Below, piece by piece: positions 45,701 to 57,263 of a DNA stretch of 64,000 bases. This stretch comes from Somniosus microcephalus (Eukaryota). The translations under genes and the position numbers were made by a program. The stretch spans positions 38,564,001 through 38,628,000 of the forward strand of contig CM126233.1 in NCBI GenBank assembly GCA_052327205.1, in the 5' to 3' direction. Every line of letters begins with the position of its first letter. Within the stretch, counting starts at the first letter, position 1. The notes under the pieces are model-generated. The model was not told where the DNA came from. It saw only the letters and a program-made list of their open reading frames with translations, and made no database searches.

Positions 45701-48700
45701 ATATATTCAGTGATTTGGCCTCCACAGCTTTCTATGGTAGAGAATTCCACAGGTTCACCACCCTGAGTGAAGAAATTTCTCCTCATCTCAGTCCTAAATG
45801 TCCTACCCCGTATCCTGAGACTGTGACCCCTCGTTCTAGAGCCCCCAGCCAGGGGAAACATCCTCCCTGCATCCAGTCTGTCTAGCCCGGTCAGAATTTT
45901 AGACGTTTCAATGAGATCCCCTCATTCTTCTAAACTCTAGTGAATACAAGTTGCCCCAATTTCCAAACAGTTCCCCATCTCTTCCCTCTTGGCCTTCGCT
46001 ATTGGATCTTTGGGAACAGATCTGAAGTTAGGTCATCAACACAAATATCTCAAAAAAATTGACCCATGAAGCAAATCTTGAAAGCCAGCATGGCAATCGG
46101 CTAGAGCCAATTAAACAACTGCAAAGGGATGTGATGCACCCCAGCCACAAGGGGCTGAAATTGAAAAGTAGCAGTGCTTTCCAAAACTGGAAACCAACGA
46201 ATGACGGAGCTGCTGCTGTCTGGAATGAGTGGCCAAGAAAGTTCACAAAAAGCTTTGCAAAGGACAGCAAACCAATACCAGCAAAAACAAGCTGCTGATA
46301 CCAATTAGCCAGAAGGAAGAATATTTTCATGAAGCAACCAATAATAGAGGGGGAAAAACAGATACAAGAACAAGCCCTTGTACGCACTGGGCTGGGGAAG
46401 ACAGGTTCCAATGGGCACTGCATAGCACCAAGCTCTTCGAGATTGTCTATGGGTTCCGCTTGGTCATTTGAACTGAGGATTAACTCGAGCTACATTTAAC
46501 AGGACTGCTTTCTACTACAGATAGTCTCAGTCACCTCACACATGCTGCTCGGAGATCTCGGTGCTCCTCGCATTCTGGTCTGAGCATCCCCGATTTTAAA
46601 ATCACTCCACCATTGGCTACATTGCCTTCTGCTACCAAGGCCCGAATCTCCAGAATTCCCTCCCTAAACTTCTCCACCTTTCAGACGCTCCTTAAAACCT
46701 ACCTCTTTGGCCAAGCTTTTGGTCATCTGTCCTAATATCTCCTAATGTGGCTTGGTGTCAAATTTTATTTGCTAATTGCTTCCATGAAGCACCTTGGGAG
46801 GTTTTACTACATTAAAGCTGCTATATAAATGCAAGTTGTTTTTGCAAATTAGAGTATACTTTACATTACTGTAGTTTGTTTCACCACAGTCACAGTACTG
46901 TCCCATTAGCTACTTTGTGGCCATAAAGTTTGTGAAGGGCATGGAGTAGAGGGAAGAGTTTTGCCATTGCTGGGTGTGGGCAGGACATTTCAAGATGGGT
47001 CCTGCCCCCTTAGTTATACTTTGCTTGCACCAACTCTGATTTCTTGTAAATTTCTGAATTGGTGATAAAGCATAAACACAGGGGCCTGTATTTACATTGA
47101 GTCCGTCCTTTCCTTGCACTTTATCCAACTTTGTTCAATGAAGGCGCTAGCTTTCTGCTAGATTACTCACGGGCTCTAGGCTCCCATATCTGCATTTTAT
47201 GTCGACTCATTCCCAGTGCTCCTACAAAATGTACACAGCTTCCAACTGACTATTGCTGCTGTTGCAATCCAGACATAACAAAACTAGGAATTGGGTGTTT
47301 TGGTAAAAAGTTCCCACACAAACAAGGACACACACGGCCACTCCAGCTAGCCACAGCAGCTGCATGGCTACAATCCAGACACATAAAGCCATTTTACCCC
47401 ACCACTCATTTAGCTCCGATTCCAGGAGACCTATGTCCCCCAGTAGGCTCCTGCCATTTACACTGCTAAATGCAGCTCTCTTGTCCGAGGGCAGAATCAT
47501 ATGCCCATGGAAAACAGTATTTACAGCACAGGAGAATTGGATCAGTACCAGAAGGAAAAAAATTGCAGGGCTACGGGGAAAGGGTGGGGGAGTGGGACTA
47601 GCTGAAGTGCTCTCAGAAATCCAGCATGGGCGTGACAGGCCGACTGGCCTCCTCCTGTGCTGTAACCATTCTATGAGGGGAGTAAAACCATCTACTGCAT
47701 TCCCTGTAGCATGAAGGAGAATTTCAGCCCCTCACCTCCAGACTTGACTATCCAATGCTCACTTGGCCTCCCATCCTCCAGAAACATCACCTCATCCAGA
47801 ACTCTGCTGCCTATAACCTATCCTGCACCAAGCCCCACTTGCCCTTGTTGACCTACATTGGCTCCCAAGGCCACCCACCTCCCTCCAACTCGATACTCTC
47901 ATCTTTGTAAAAAAATCTCCATGGTCTCACCCCTCCCCAACTGTGATCTCCTCCAGGCCTACAACTCCCTGCCCAAACTCCTAATTCCTCCACTCCAGCA
48001 ACCGTGCTGCCTCCACCTCCAAGAGCCCCCCTTCAAACCCAAGTCTCTTCACCCCTCCTAATTTCTCCCTCTGGCTCAGCAGCAGCAGCTTTCCTTGCGC
48101 CTCAGGACATGTTCCTACATTAAAAGGTGCTCTGTAAATGCAAGTAGTTGTTGAAGCTATACTGCACCTTCTTTGCCTTACACCAATTCCATTCAGTACT
48201 CACCTTTCTAATGCAGCTCGCCGCCGTTCTAGGAACTCGGCAGAGGAGGAATCTTCCTTCCCAACTTTCACTTTGGTCATACCTTACCAAAGAGAAACCA
48301 GGATTAGCAATTTGTGTTAGGAAACTGGGAGAACCAGAGACAGTGGAGATATCGCTTAGTTGGCCAGCTACATTGGCACAATTGTGGTGGTTTCTTAAAT
48401 CAGGGACAGGGACTGCAAGGAAAAAACTCCCATACAGCATTAAATTTGGTCATTGCCCAAGGAGAACATTCCAATTTGGCCCAGCTAAAAGGCTTCCCAA
48501 CTAGGAAGGTCTGGATTCCACTGATAAGACATGGTGCCCTGGTACGAATATTTGCTGCTAGAAGTCATTAGCATAATAACACATTTAGAGCATGTTAAAC
48601 ATTACGGCCAATTAGAGTCATCTTTTCAACCCTCCCTGTGCGTCTTTTTCTTCTCTGCAATCCTCTCTCCTCAGGAACACTCGTGTAGGGCAAAGTTCCA

Positions 48701-51700
48701 ACAGCACACTCAGCTGTGGGGAGAGCTCAGAGGGCAAGCCCCTCCCCACAAAGCAAGAGGGAAGTCAAGTCTCAACCAGACCACTCCCGTGACTCAGCAT
48801 CAGGTCTTGCAATAGATATTTAAGAATGTCAGAATGGGGGCCGGGGGGGGGGGGTGGAAAGGAGAATGAAGGGAGAAAGAGGAGCTATGCACAAACACAT
48901 CGACAACCAGGTACTTGAAAACACCCCAAAAAAAAAACCTCTAGAAATGAAATGTTGGGGAGGCTTCAAACAGCACTCCTTTAACATTGAATAAACTATC
49001 ATTGTTCTCCAGCCCCTCCTTTCAAAACTGTCATTTGCACCAGACTTGAGATAGTCTGGTCCCCTACACTACATTGGACAGCTGGGAGAATGAATATAAA
49101 CCAGAATCCCAGTTCAAACTCCAATGATGGGCCTACCCATTAGGCTCTTCTCGGGAGGGGGAGGGACGATGAAGCCGTTCGGCGAATGCTTTTCCGAGAG
49201 TCGGTCATACAGTCCTAGAAAATCACTAAATCTTCGCTTTACAGTGAAGTCTTTCCCCTTGAACATCTTTAAGCTGGTCTGTAAAGCAAAACAATACAAA
49301 AACTATTAGCCAATGACACATACACCAGTACGAGGTTCTGTGCCCAGCCTCTGGCAGTATCTAGTGCCCCCACCCCAGCCTCTGGCAGTATCTAGTGCCC
49401 CCACCCCAGCCTCTGGCAGTATCGAGTGCCCCCACCCCAGCCTCTGGCAGTAGAGTGCCCCCACCCCAGCCTCTGGCAGCATAGAGTGCCCCCACCCCAG
49501 CCTCTGGCAGCATAGAGTGCCCCCACCCCAGCCTCTGGCAGTATCGAGTGCCCCCACCCCACCCCCTGGCAGTATCGAGTGCCCCCACCCCAGCCTCTGG
49601 CAGTATAGAGTGCCCCCACCCCAGCCTCTGGCAGTATCGAGTGCCCCCACCCCAGCCTCTGGCAGTATCTAGTACCCCCACCCCAGCCTCTGGCAGTATC
49701 TAGTGCCCCCACCCCAGCCTCTGGCAGTATTAGTGCCCCCACCCCAGCCTCTGGCAGTATCTAGTGCCCCCACCCCAGCCTCTGGCAGTATAGAGTGCCC
49801 CCACCCCAGCCTCTGGCAGTATCGAGTGCCCCCACCCCAGCCTCTGGGCAGTATAGAGTGCCCCCACCCCAGCCTCTGGCAGTATTAGTGCCCCCACCCC
49901 AGCCTCTGGCAGTATCTAGTGCCCCCACCCCAGCCTCTGGCAGTATCGAGTGCCCCCACCCCAGCTTCTGGCAGTATCGAGTGCCCCCACCCCAGCCTCT
50001 GGCAGTATCGAGTGCCCCCACCCCAGCCTCTGGCAGTATAGAGTGCCCCCACCCCAGCCTCTGGCAGTATTAGTGCCCCCACCCCAGCCTCTGGCAGTAT
50101 CGAGTGCCCCCACCCCAGCCTCTGGCAGTATAGAGTGCCCCCACCCCAGCCTCTGGCAGTATCGAGTGCCCCCACCCCAGCCTCTGGCAGTATTAGTGCC
50201 CCCACCCCAGCCTCTGGCAGTATCGAGTGCCCCCACCCCAGCCTCTGGCAGTATAGAGTGCCCCCACCCCAGCCTCTGGCAGTATCAGTGCCCCCACCCC
50301 AGCCTCTGGCAGTATCGAGTGCCCCCACCCCAGCCTCTGGCAGTATCGAGTGCCCCCACCCCAGCCTCTGGCAGTATCGAGTGCCCCCACCCCAGCCTCT
50401 GGCAGTATCGAGTGCCCCCACCCCAGCCTCTGGCAGTATCTAGTGCCCCCACCCCAGCCTCTGGCAGTATCTAGTGCCCCCACCCCAGCCTCTGGCAGTA
50501 TCTAGTGCCCCCACCCCAGCCTCTGGCAGTATCGAGTGCCCCCACCCCAGCCTCTCATAGAAAGAGACCAAGAACAGTGCGATGGCATTCTCGCATTGCC
50601 CATGTTACCCAGTTCAAACAATTTACACATACATTACATCACAATGTCATTTCAACTATGCAGCAAGCCTTGCAACCTAAACACGTAAATAGAGCACCTT
50701 TGTTTAAATGGATCAGAATAGCTGCATGATTCACCGCGAGTCATATATACACACACAGCACAAAAAGTCATGCTACATTGCAACAGATGCCCACACACTG
50801 CTGATACATACCAAAGTGGACACTTTGTAGGCCATGTATGCAGCCATTCCATCACCTAAGTGAAATTAAAGAGAGATTATTCCAAGTACTGTACATTGCT
50901 GCTGCATGATGTTATTACAGCCACAGTTTACACACACTAGGACAATGCCTGCTCTCGACATCAGGATGGTTGCCCTCTTGGAAAGAGCATGAATAACTGA
51001 TGTGTGCAAACCCTATGGTTTTAGCTAGAAGAGAAGAGGAACACCAAGTTTGGGAGTAGTTTGTCCCTTTCTACTTCTATAGCCATGTTGATTGTGTGTG
51101 TCTCTGGACAAGCAGAACATTAGGCTTATTTAGTGCAGCCTGGAATCCCCATACACTTCTGCCAAATTCCAGACATGGCCCAGAGCTCCTGGATTTACAG
51201 TCTTGAGCCAAGAACCACACCCCGATTGGAATTTCACATCAAAGGGGAGGTTAATGTTTGGTTTCCTTCTACCGGATTCTGGCAGCAGAGACCAATGGTT
51301 ATGTGGAGCCACCAGGGCGCTGATTGAGAATGCCACCAGGTGGAAGAGCACAACACTGGGAGGCTTGTACAGCACCAAGTTACGGCAGCAGCTTAAAACT
51401 GGTCATGTTTCTGTAAAGCATTCACAGTGAGGAATGGGTGAAGCTTAATCAATGAAGACTAAGGGACATAGTTTAAAATTGAGGTCAAAAGACATTTGAG
51501 CACACTTTAAAAATACAAGAGGCTGACAGAATAGTCAGGAAAAAAAGTACCAGGGATAGTGAAACAATAAACCATGGCAGTGCTTTTTGTTTCTAAAAGG
51601 ACTAGATGGATTTCTGTCAGGGTTACTGGCTCCAGAATCATTGTAAGGAAACAGATTTGTCATGATAGGTTAAATGGACCAATAGTCCTAGTTACTGCGG

Positions 51701-54700
51701 AGGGGCCGTTTCCCCTGGCTGGGGAATCTAGTCACAGTCTCAGGATAAGGGGCTTGGCCATTTAGGACAGAAATGAGGAGAAATTTCTTCACTCAAGAGG
51801 GTGGTGAATCTTTGGAATTCTCTACCCCAGAGTTATGGTGGCTCAGTCATTGAGTATATTCAAGACAGAGATCGATAGATTTTTGGGAACAAAGGAATAT
51901 GGGGATAGTGCGGGAAGGTGGAGTTGAGGTAGAAGATCAGCCACGATCTTGTCGAATGACGGAGCAGGCTCGAAGGGTCGAATGGCCAACTCCTGCTCCT
52001 ATTTATGTTCTTATGTAGTCTTCTGCTTAAATCATTACAATGCTACATAATCCTTGCCCTCTCTCCTCTGTTGGCCAGAGTTTATTTGCTGCAAATAGTG
52101 TGGTATAAACTAGATCAACTGCAACAACCTTTATTAACATTGAGCAATTGCAATAATTGCCAATACAAGACAAAAACTTGTAGCAGATGTTGGGCCCTGG
52201 ACTGAATGAAGAAGTGTTCTCACTCCAGTCACCCACTTATTCAGTTAATTCTCAAATGATGGGCTGGCATGTTTGGTATTTTGACACACCCACTGACACA
52301 TGCCACCACTGCTCCCATACTTCACAGCACTAAAAGCAGTTACTACTTTAGCTAAGCAAGAGTTTCCATCTCCTTTCAACCTAAGCAGCCTTTAAAACAA
52401 GAGATTGCACGTAACTTTTGCACTAATTTAAAAAGTCTATCCAACAAGCACTCGAGTGACAAGTTCCCAGACCGATACAGCTGGTAATCCGTGAAAGACT
52501 AACTTAGTGGAAAATATTAAGCCACATTGGACAGCCATGGTTACAAATCTGGTGCCCTTAGATCAGGGAACCAACAGCACATTGTAAGTGCAGTTAAGCA
52601 ATTATTGCTTTAACATGTAGGTTCTGGAAGGGCCAGTGTATGGAAGTACTAGTCAACGAGCTCTGGAGAGCGGTTTAAATCCAGCATTGCATACATGCTA
52701 GTGACAGTATAGAAAAACAGTGACACGACTGCGTGTAACAGAAATCTAAAAAATATTTTTAATTACTTCACACATTATAAAGATAGTTCCAAACTTCCAC
52801 CTATTGGTCACTTCTCAGAATCTGGATAAGTCACTTTAAAGATAGGAAGCACTGGAATTCCCCTTTAAATTTTCAACAAAAACATTCTGTTCCCTCTCCC
52901 AAACGCTTTCTTCCTCCTTCCCCACCCACCCCATCCCCAGGGTGAATACCAAGTGCAGCCAGCCTCCTATGCTTCCATTAGTACTGTGCTAAACTGCTAA
53001 TGGTGTGGGGGGCCCAGGGACAACGCCTTGATTTTCCCCATGCTCCAATTCTTCAGAAGTGCCTATTCTCTGCTCAGAGTATCCCTAGTGTGACAGCTCT
53101 GATCAGGAACAGTAGGGAAGCTCACCCAACATCACATCAGCATGGTGTCCCCTCCATTAGACAATCACCCCAAATTTAAAAAAAATAAAAAAGGAGAACT
53201 GGTGGAGCCCTCAATCTGCAGGAGTACCGAAGTCAATGCTGTCAATATCGGAGAGGTTTGTGCTGAAGGCAAGGAAAGAGAAAGAAGGAAAGTGCATTCT
53301 TAAATGGCAGTCAATCATTTGCAGACAGCGTTAGCATTAGAGAAAGCAGCGCGTAGAGAGCATTAACCGACAAGTGATACATGCTCCCATTATAAACCAA
53401 CACTGACCGTGAGGCAAATCACTTCACTTTCCCCAGTTCAAAACATGATCATACACTTACCCACTTTCTCTGGCTCAGTCACTGTAACATTCATGTCAAA
53501 CTGATCCTCACCCTCCTCCTCCGCTTCTTCTTCCTCTAACTGCCAAGGGAATGAAACAGATGCACAACAGTCAGCAACCCAACAAAAGATACGCAAACCC
53601 AAAGAACAGACATTTCCGTAGAACTGATCAAACATCTTCTACGTGGCTACTTTACTATTCTTTCTACAGTAGTCATGAAGTTGAACCCAATATTTCTCCT
53701 AAATAAAAGTGGTATTTTGCTTTCTAATAACGGTGGCATAGTGGTTAGCACTGTTGCCTCACAGCGCCAGGGACCCGGGTTCGAATCCGGCCTCGGGCGA
53801 CTGTGTGTGGAGTTTGCACATTCTCCCCGTGTTTGCGTGGGTTTCCTCCGGGTGCTCCGGTTTCCTCCCACAGTCCAAAGATGTGCGGGTTAGGTTGATT
53901 GGCTATGATAAATTGACCCTTAGTGTTAGGGGGATTAAATACGTGGGGTTACGGGGATCGGGTGGGATATGTGTCGTGCAGGCTCGATGGGCCGAAATGG
54001 CCTCTATCTGCACTGTGGGGTTTCTGTGATTCTGTGAACGCAAAGGAGCAATTCCAACATTAAAGGTCTTGTATTGCACCTTTCACATCTTCAGGACACA
54101 AGTACCTCAGAACCCACGAGGGATGTGTGAAACAGCCACCATTTTGTGGAAACAGCAAGGTTACACAAAAAGCAACAAAACAAAGGACCATGCTGTTCTT
54201 CGTGGTGTTGGTAGAGGTATAATTGCTCTTCAAAGTGCAATGGATGTTCCACGGTCATCTGAACAAGCAGATAGGACCGCTGTTTAACGTCTCACCCAAA
54301 AGACAGCATCTCCACTAATGCAGCACTGCCGCAGGACTGTACTACACTGCACAGTAGTGTCAGCTTAGACAGAGTGCACCAGTTCTGGAGGGGCTTGAAT
54401 CCATACTCAGCCTGGATTTACCAACTGAGCCAAGGTGGTATTAGAATATGCCACTGCTGTCAGACTTGTACAAAGTAGCCATCAAATAATAAAAGGGTTA
54501 AGTACCATTGATATATACACACAGCTGGATAGGAAAAGCTCACTCTTGGGGCAACACTGGGAGGCAGTGCAAGGAAAATAAACCATTTTCCACAGGGATT
54601 TGGATGAACAGCACTTCCAGTAATACATTAAACTGCAGAGTTCCTAGGGCTCTGCACCACCAATACACAACAGGGGGATCACATAGGATACGAATAGGTT

Positions 54701-56680
54701 CACATTTTGGCATGCATTGTAAGGATAGATTTGCAAGGGTCCCCTTCATCCTCAGTGACGTGCATCTTTCAAACCCCTGCAACCCAAAGTCGTGCACATT
54801 AAGCAGATCTGGAAATGGAGAAAGATTCAGTGTTCAGCAAATCCCCTTGTAGTGCGCAATGGGCCAACTCGTTAAACAGCGACAAGCCAAGCTGCACAGA
54901 CCAAGATGCTCCAATTTGACCTGCAGTCGACACCGAATCAACTATTGGTAGAGGCATTGCTGTTGGCTTCAACACTCCAATCAGAAGGGAGAAAAGAAAC
55001 AGACCAAGGTTCCTGCTGCTCACTATCCAGTAAACCTGCTGGAAATAGCACCAGGGGCAGCTGCAACATCCCCTCAGATAGCAACACTCTGTCTAGCCAT
55101 AAGAATGGCCGCAGGTCTACTAATGCAACCGTAAAAGTGCAATAAACAAAAGCATCAATGTCTGAGCTCCGACAGACACTGGCCATTTGTAAGGGTGCTG
55201 ATTCAGCTCAGGGTACACATCTACCCACCTAGCACTGCTGGGGCCCGAATAAGTGACCAGCGTTGAGGAACCTGTGTAAGAATGATGGTACAGGAATGTC
55301 CTTCGACAGCACCTCCCAAACCTGCGACTTCAACCACCTAGGAGGGGGGCAGCAGGCACATGGGAACATCACCACCTCCAAGTTCCCCTTCAAGTCACAC
55401 ACCATCTAGACTTGGAAATATAGCGTCGTTCCTTCATCACCACTGGGTCAAAATCCTGGAACTCCCTCCTGAACAGCACTCTAGGAGTACCTTCAGCACA
55501 GACTGCAGCAGCTCACCACCACCTTCTCAAGGGCAATAAATGCCAGCCTTGCCAGAGACACCCACATCCCATGAATTAATGAATGAATGAATGAAGTACT
55601 GATTAGCAAAAGGTAGTATTTGCTCATTAGGCAACAGCCCTTCCTCTGAAATTAAAGTTTACCTACAGCAGAGAAAAACTGATTGATAGACAACTGGGAG
55701 GGGGGCAGGGGGAAAGAAAAAAGAGAAGTGGGATGATTTTTAAAAAGCCAAATTTCTCAAAAGTTGAGAAAAAGCACAACTCTTACACTAGGGCCTATAC
55801 TTCGTAACATTTGGAGGCTTCAAATTGAATCCTTACCTCTTGGTATATTTTGGTCTGGGATTGTATAGCAGTGCTGGGTGGAACTGTTACTGATGGGCCA
55901 GTAGCGGACGGTTTGGTCTGACTCTTATCATTTTGAGTGTTGTCCAGAGATAACTCCACAGTGGCTTCTGCAACGAGATAGCATTCAACATAACTCAGTA
56001 CTGCCACAGTACACTGCCCTCAGCATCCTTTACCACAATGAAAGGACACACATCTTTCATTGGTGTAATGACAATGCCTCTTCAACCTAAGATACACAAT
56101 CTCCATGCTACAGGCTGGGACACTCAATCCCAATGTAACAGTATTCATAACAGCCCAGGAGCGCTTGCAGCCAACACCCGCTGTGACTCCAGCAGATCTG
56201 CTGCTCCGTCTAGTTCTAGGCCTCCATTCACAGCTATGAAATGCTGCCGGAACTGGGACACAGCACGTGTCTCTCCCTATAGTTGTAAACAGATCTCAAC
56301 CCTGTGGCTCTGCTCCCCACCACCCATCTCCAGCAGAAGGCAGCTGGTTCCCACTCAGCAAATGTTCAGGATGGCACAAGTTCAGGCGCTCACTGTGTAG
56401 ATCACAGGCACAGATCCACATGCTCTCTCAGCAACAGTATTGGAGCTTGAGCGCGTTTTGGACCACACCTGCCGAGGGAGACACTGCATGGGGCTGCAGT
56501 GGTCAGAAAAGATTTAGTATATATAATCTTACCCTTCGAGAATATCGTTTGAGACACAAACTTTAGGGTTAGGGGGTCAATACTGGATTGGAGAGATGCC
56601 TGACGCACTGTCTGACTAAAAATTTCAACGTAGGATCTTCTAAATGCCAACAGGATGCCGGTTGTTAAATTTGCAAAACA

Positions 56681-56712
<32 letters not shown>

Positions 56713-57263
56713 AAAATAAACACAATGCAGCCTACTCCAAAATAACTGCATGTGAATCGGTGTTACAAATCCCAGGTACAGGACTTGCAACCTTGTTATA
56801 CTGAGAATGTGCCACGGCTATGCTGCATAGTACTCCCACCAGAAAACCAATATGAAGGAAGCAATCTCCATGCCAATAAGGTGGCTCAAGATTAGCAGGA
56901 GGCAGTGGAAGGGATGGAGCCCCAGCAGGTCTGGTCAGGGCTGAAAGCGCTGATCGAAAGGCAACCAAGCTTGGGTGGTCGCACATCTCTGCTGAAGTGT
57001 CGCTCTCCAATATAAAATGCACACGAGCACCTGCTCAAATCCTTGGGTAAAGCAACTCCGAGAGTTTCCTCTGTGCACCCATGGGACTGGCTAGCCTGGT
57101 TAAGAGATCTTACAATGGAGAAAATAGTAATGTGCTGTGCAATTACTGGAGTTTTAAACCCTTTACCCGCAAAAATATCTTGTTCATCGTCATCAGAATG
57201 TATCCCATTTGTCTTGGAGTTGCTGCTGGGAGTCTTTCTGGAATCCATCTCTAAAGGGCTGGT
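33718..57263 (-). CDS. SNX1: Sorting nexin-1 (PX-BAR), coding exons 2-15; exon 1 outside window
   Basis: 14 GT-AG exons in one continuous frame encoding PX ([16 protein letters not shown]) and BAR domains, ending [16 protein letters not shown]1-type residues ([37 protein letters not shown]) and synteny with SNX22 favour SNX1 over SNX2. Confidence 0.9.
34045..34330 (-). mobile_element. CR1 3' end
   Basis: [24 protein letters not shown] plus HER1-like tail. Confidence 0.9.
34980..35051 (-). CDS. SNX1: SNX1 exon 14 (72 nt)
   Basis: ctttcag/GTGAGC; [24 protein letters not shown]. Confidence 0.93.
35211..35291 (-). CDS. SNX1: SNX1 exon 13 (81 nt)
   Basis: ttttttag/GTAAGC; [27 protein letters not shown]. 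Confidence 0.93.
35725..36240 (-). mobile_element. L2-clade LINE 3' fragment
   Basis: [36 protein letters not shown]; [16 protein letters not shown]. Confidence 0.85.
37066..37209 (-). CDS. SNX1: SNX1 exon 12 (144 nt)
   Basis: gtgcag/GTACGG; [48 protein letters not shown]. Confidence 0.95.
37903..38108 (-). CDS. SNX1: SNX1 exon 11 (206 nt)
   Basis: tcttcag/GTATCG; [69 protein letters not shown]. Confidence 0.95.
38285..38503. repeat. Short array (about 3 copies) of the 67-bp unit
   Basis: Same unit and orientation as 7632-9003. Confidence 0.93.
39433..39526 (-). CDS. SNX1: SNX1 exon 10 (94 nt)
   Basis: ttccccag/GTGAGG; [31 protein letters not shown]. Confidence 0.95.
40168..40281 (-). CDS. 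SNX1: SNX1 exon 9 (114 nt)
   Basis: tttgcag/GTAAGT; [38 protein letters not shown]. Confidence 0.95.
41442..41517 (-). CDS. SNX1: SNX1 exon 8 (76 nt)
   Basis: cattgcag/GTAAAC; [25 protein letters not shown]. Confidence 0.95.
42990..43610 (+). mobile_element. Penelope-like element, GIY-YIG endonuclease region (degraded)
   Basis: [77 protein letters not shown] across frames. Confidence 0.88.
43615..45190 (-). mobile_element. CR1 LINE nested inside the Penelope-like element
   Basis: [42 protein letters not shown]. Confidence 0.93.
45195..45497 (+). mobile_element. Penelope-like element 3' region with a hammerhead-like motif
   Basis: Pyrimidine-rich tract, then ctgacaaagggtcacaggcctgaaacgttaac...gatgctgcctggcctgctgagt...gatttccagcatccgcagta. 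Confidence 0.7.
45370..45404 (+). ncRNA. Degenerate minimal type-I hammerhead ribozyme motif
   Basis: GUU-CUGACAA-AGG..CCU-GAAA-C-GUU-AAC; core position G8 is A. Confidence 0.55.
45561..45950 (-). mobile_element. CR1 3' end
   Basis: Close match to 29105-29520. Confidence 0.9.
46545..46842 (+). mobile_element. L2 3' end
   Basis: Inverse of 35725-36010; tail gctatataaatgcaagttg. Confidence 0.8.
47548..47675 (+). mobile_element. CR1 3' tail (same subfamily as 2500-2620)
   Basis: aaattgcagggctacggggaaagg...gggactagctgaa...tgtaaccattctat. Confidence 0.75.
47725..48152 (+). mobile_element. Old L2 remnant
   Basis: cacctccagacttgactat...catccagaactctgctgcc...gacctacattggctcc...taaatgcaagtagttgttg. 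Confidence 0.65.
48204..48282 (-). CDS. SNX1: SNX1 exon 7 (79 nt)
   Basis: tctctttggtaag/GTGAGT; [27 protein letters not shown]. Confidence 0.93.
49137..49278 (-). CDS. SNX1: SNX1 exon 6 (142 nt)
   Basis: tttacag/GTAGGC; [48 protein letters not shown]. Confidence 0.95.
49343..50553. repeat. 31-bp minisatellite, about 39 copies, in SNX1 intron 5
   Basis: Unit GTGCCCCCACCCCAGCCTCTGGCAGTATCGA. Confidence 0.97.
50812..50855 (-). CDS. SNX1: SNX1 exon 5 (44 nt)
   Basis: ttcacttag/GTATGT; [15 protein letters not shown]. Confidence 0.92.
51700..52015 (+). mobile_element. CR1 3' end
   Basis: Matches 16630-16954. Confidence 0.88.
53461..53539 (-). CDS. SNX1: SNX1 exon 4 (79 nt)
   Basis: tggcag/GTAAGT; [27 protein letters not shown]. 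Confidence 0.92.
53731..54036 (+). mobile_element. tRNA-derived V-SINE (HE1-type)
   Basis: A box TGGCATAGTGG (53734-53744), B box GGTTCGAATCC (53778-53788), V-domain gtggagtttgcacattctccccgtg...ggtttcctcccacagtccaaaga, CR1-like tail gctcgatgggccgaa-tggcct. Confidence 0.9.
54066..54435 (-). mobile_element. Old Deu-SINE remnant
   Basis: Patchy similarity to 58090-58545 (tttaacgtctca-ccaaaagac-gca-ctcc, ccaactgagcca). Confidence 0.55.
55305..55594 (+). mobile_element. LINE 3' remnant with (TGAA)n tail
   Basis: WNSL-like ctggaactccctc, AATAAA, tgaatgaatgaatgaa tail; second copy at 31230-31490. Confidence 0.6.
55837..55967 (-). CDS. SNX1: SNX1 exon 3 (131 nt)
   Basis: ttgcag/GTAAGG; [44 protein letters not shown]. 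Confidence 0.9.
57167..57263 (-). CDS. SNX1: SNX1 exon 2 (97 nt)
   Basis: ttttttag/GTAAAG; [32 protein letters not shown]. Confidence 0.85.

Noticed and set aside
53731-53800. tRNA gene
   Set aside because: The tRNA-like head continues into the V-SINE body and LINE tail
1512-57263. Assignment as SNX2 plus SNX24
   Set aside because: Diagnostic residues in both genes jointly fit SNX1 plus SNX22 better; some uncertainty remains without a phylogeny
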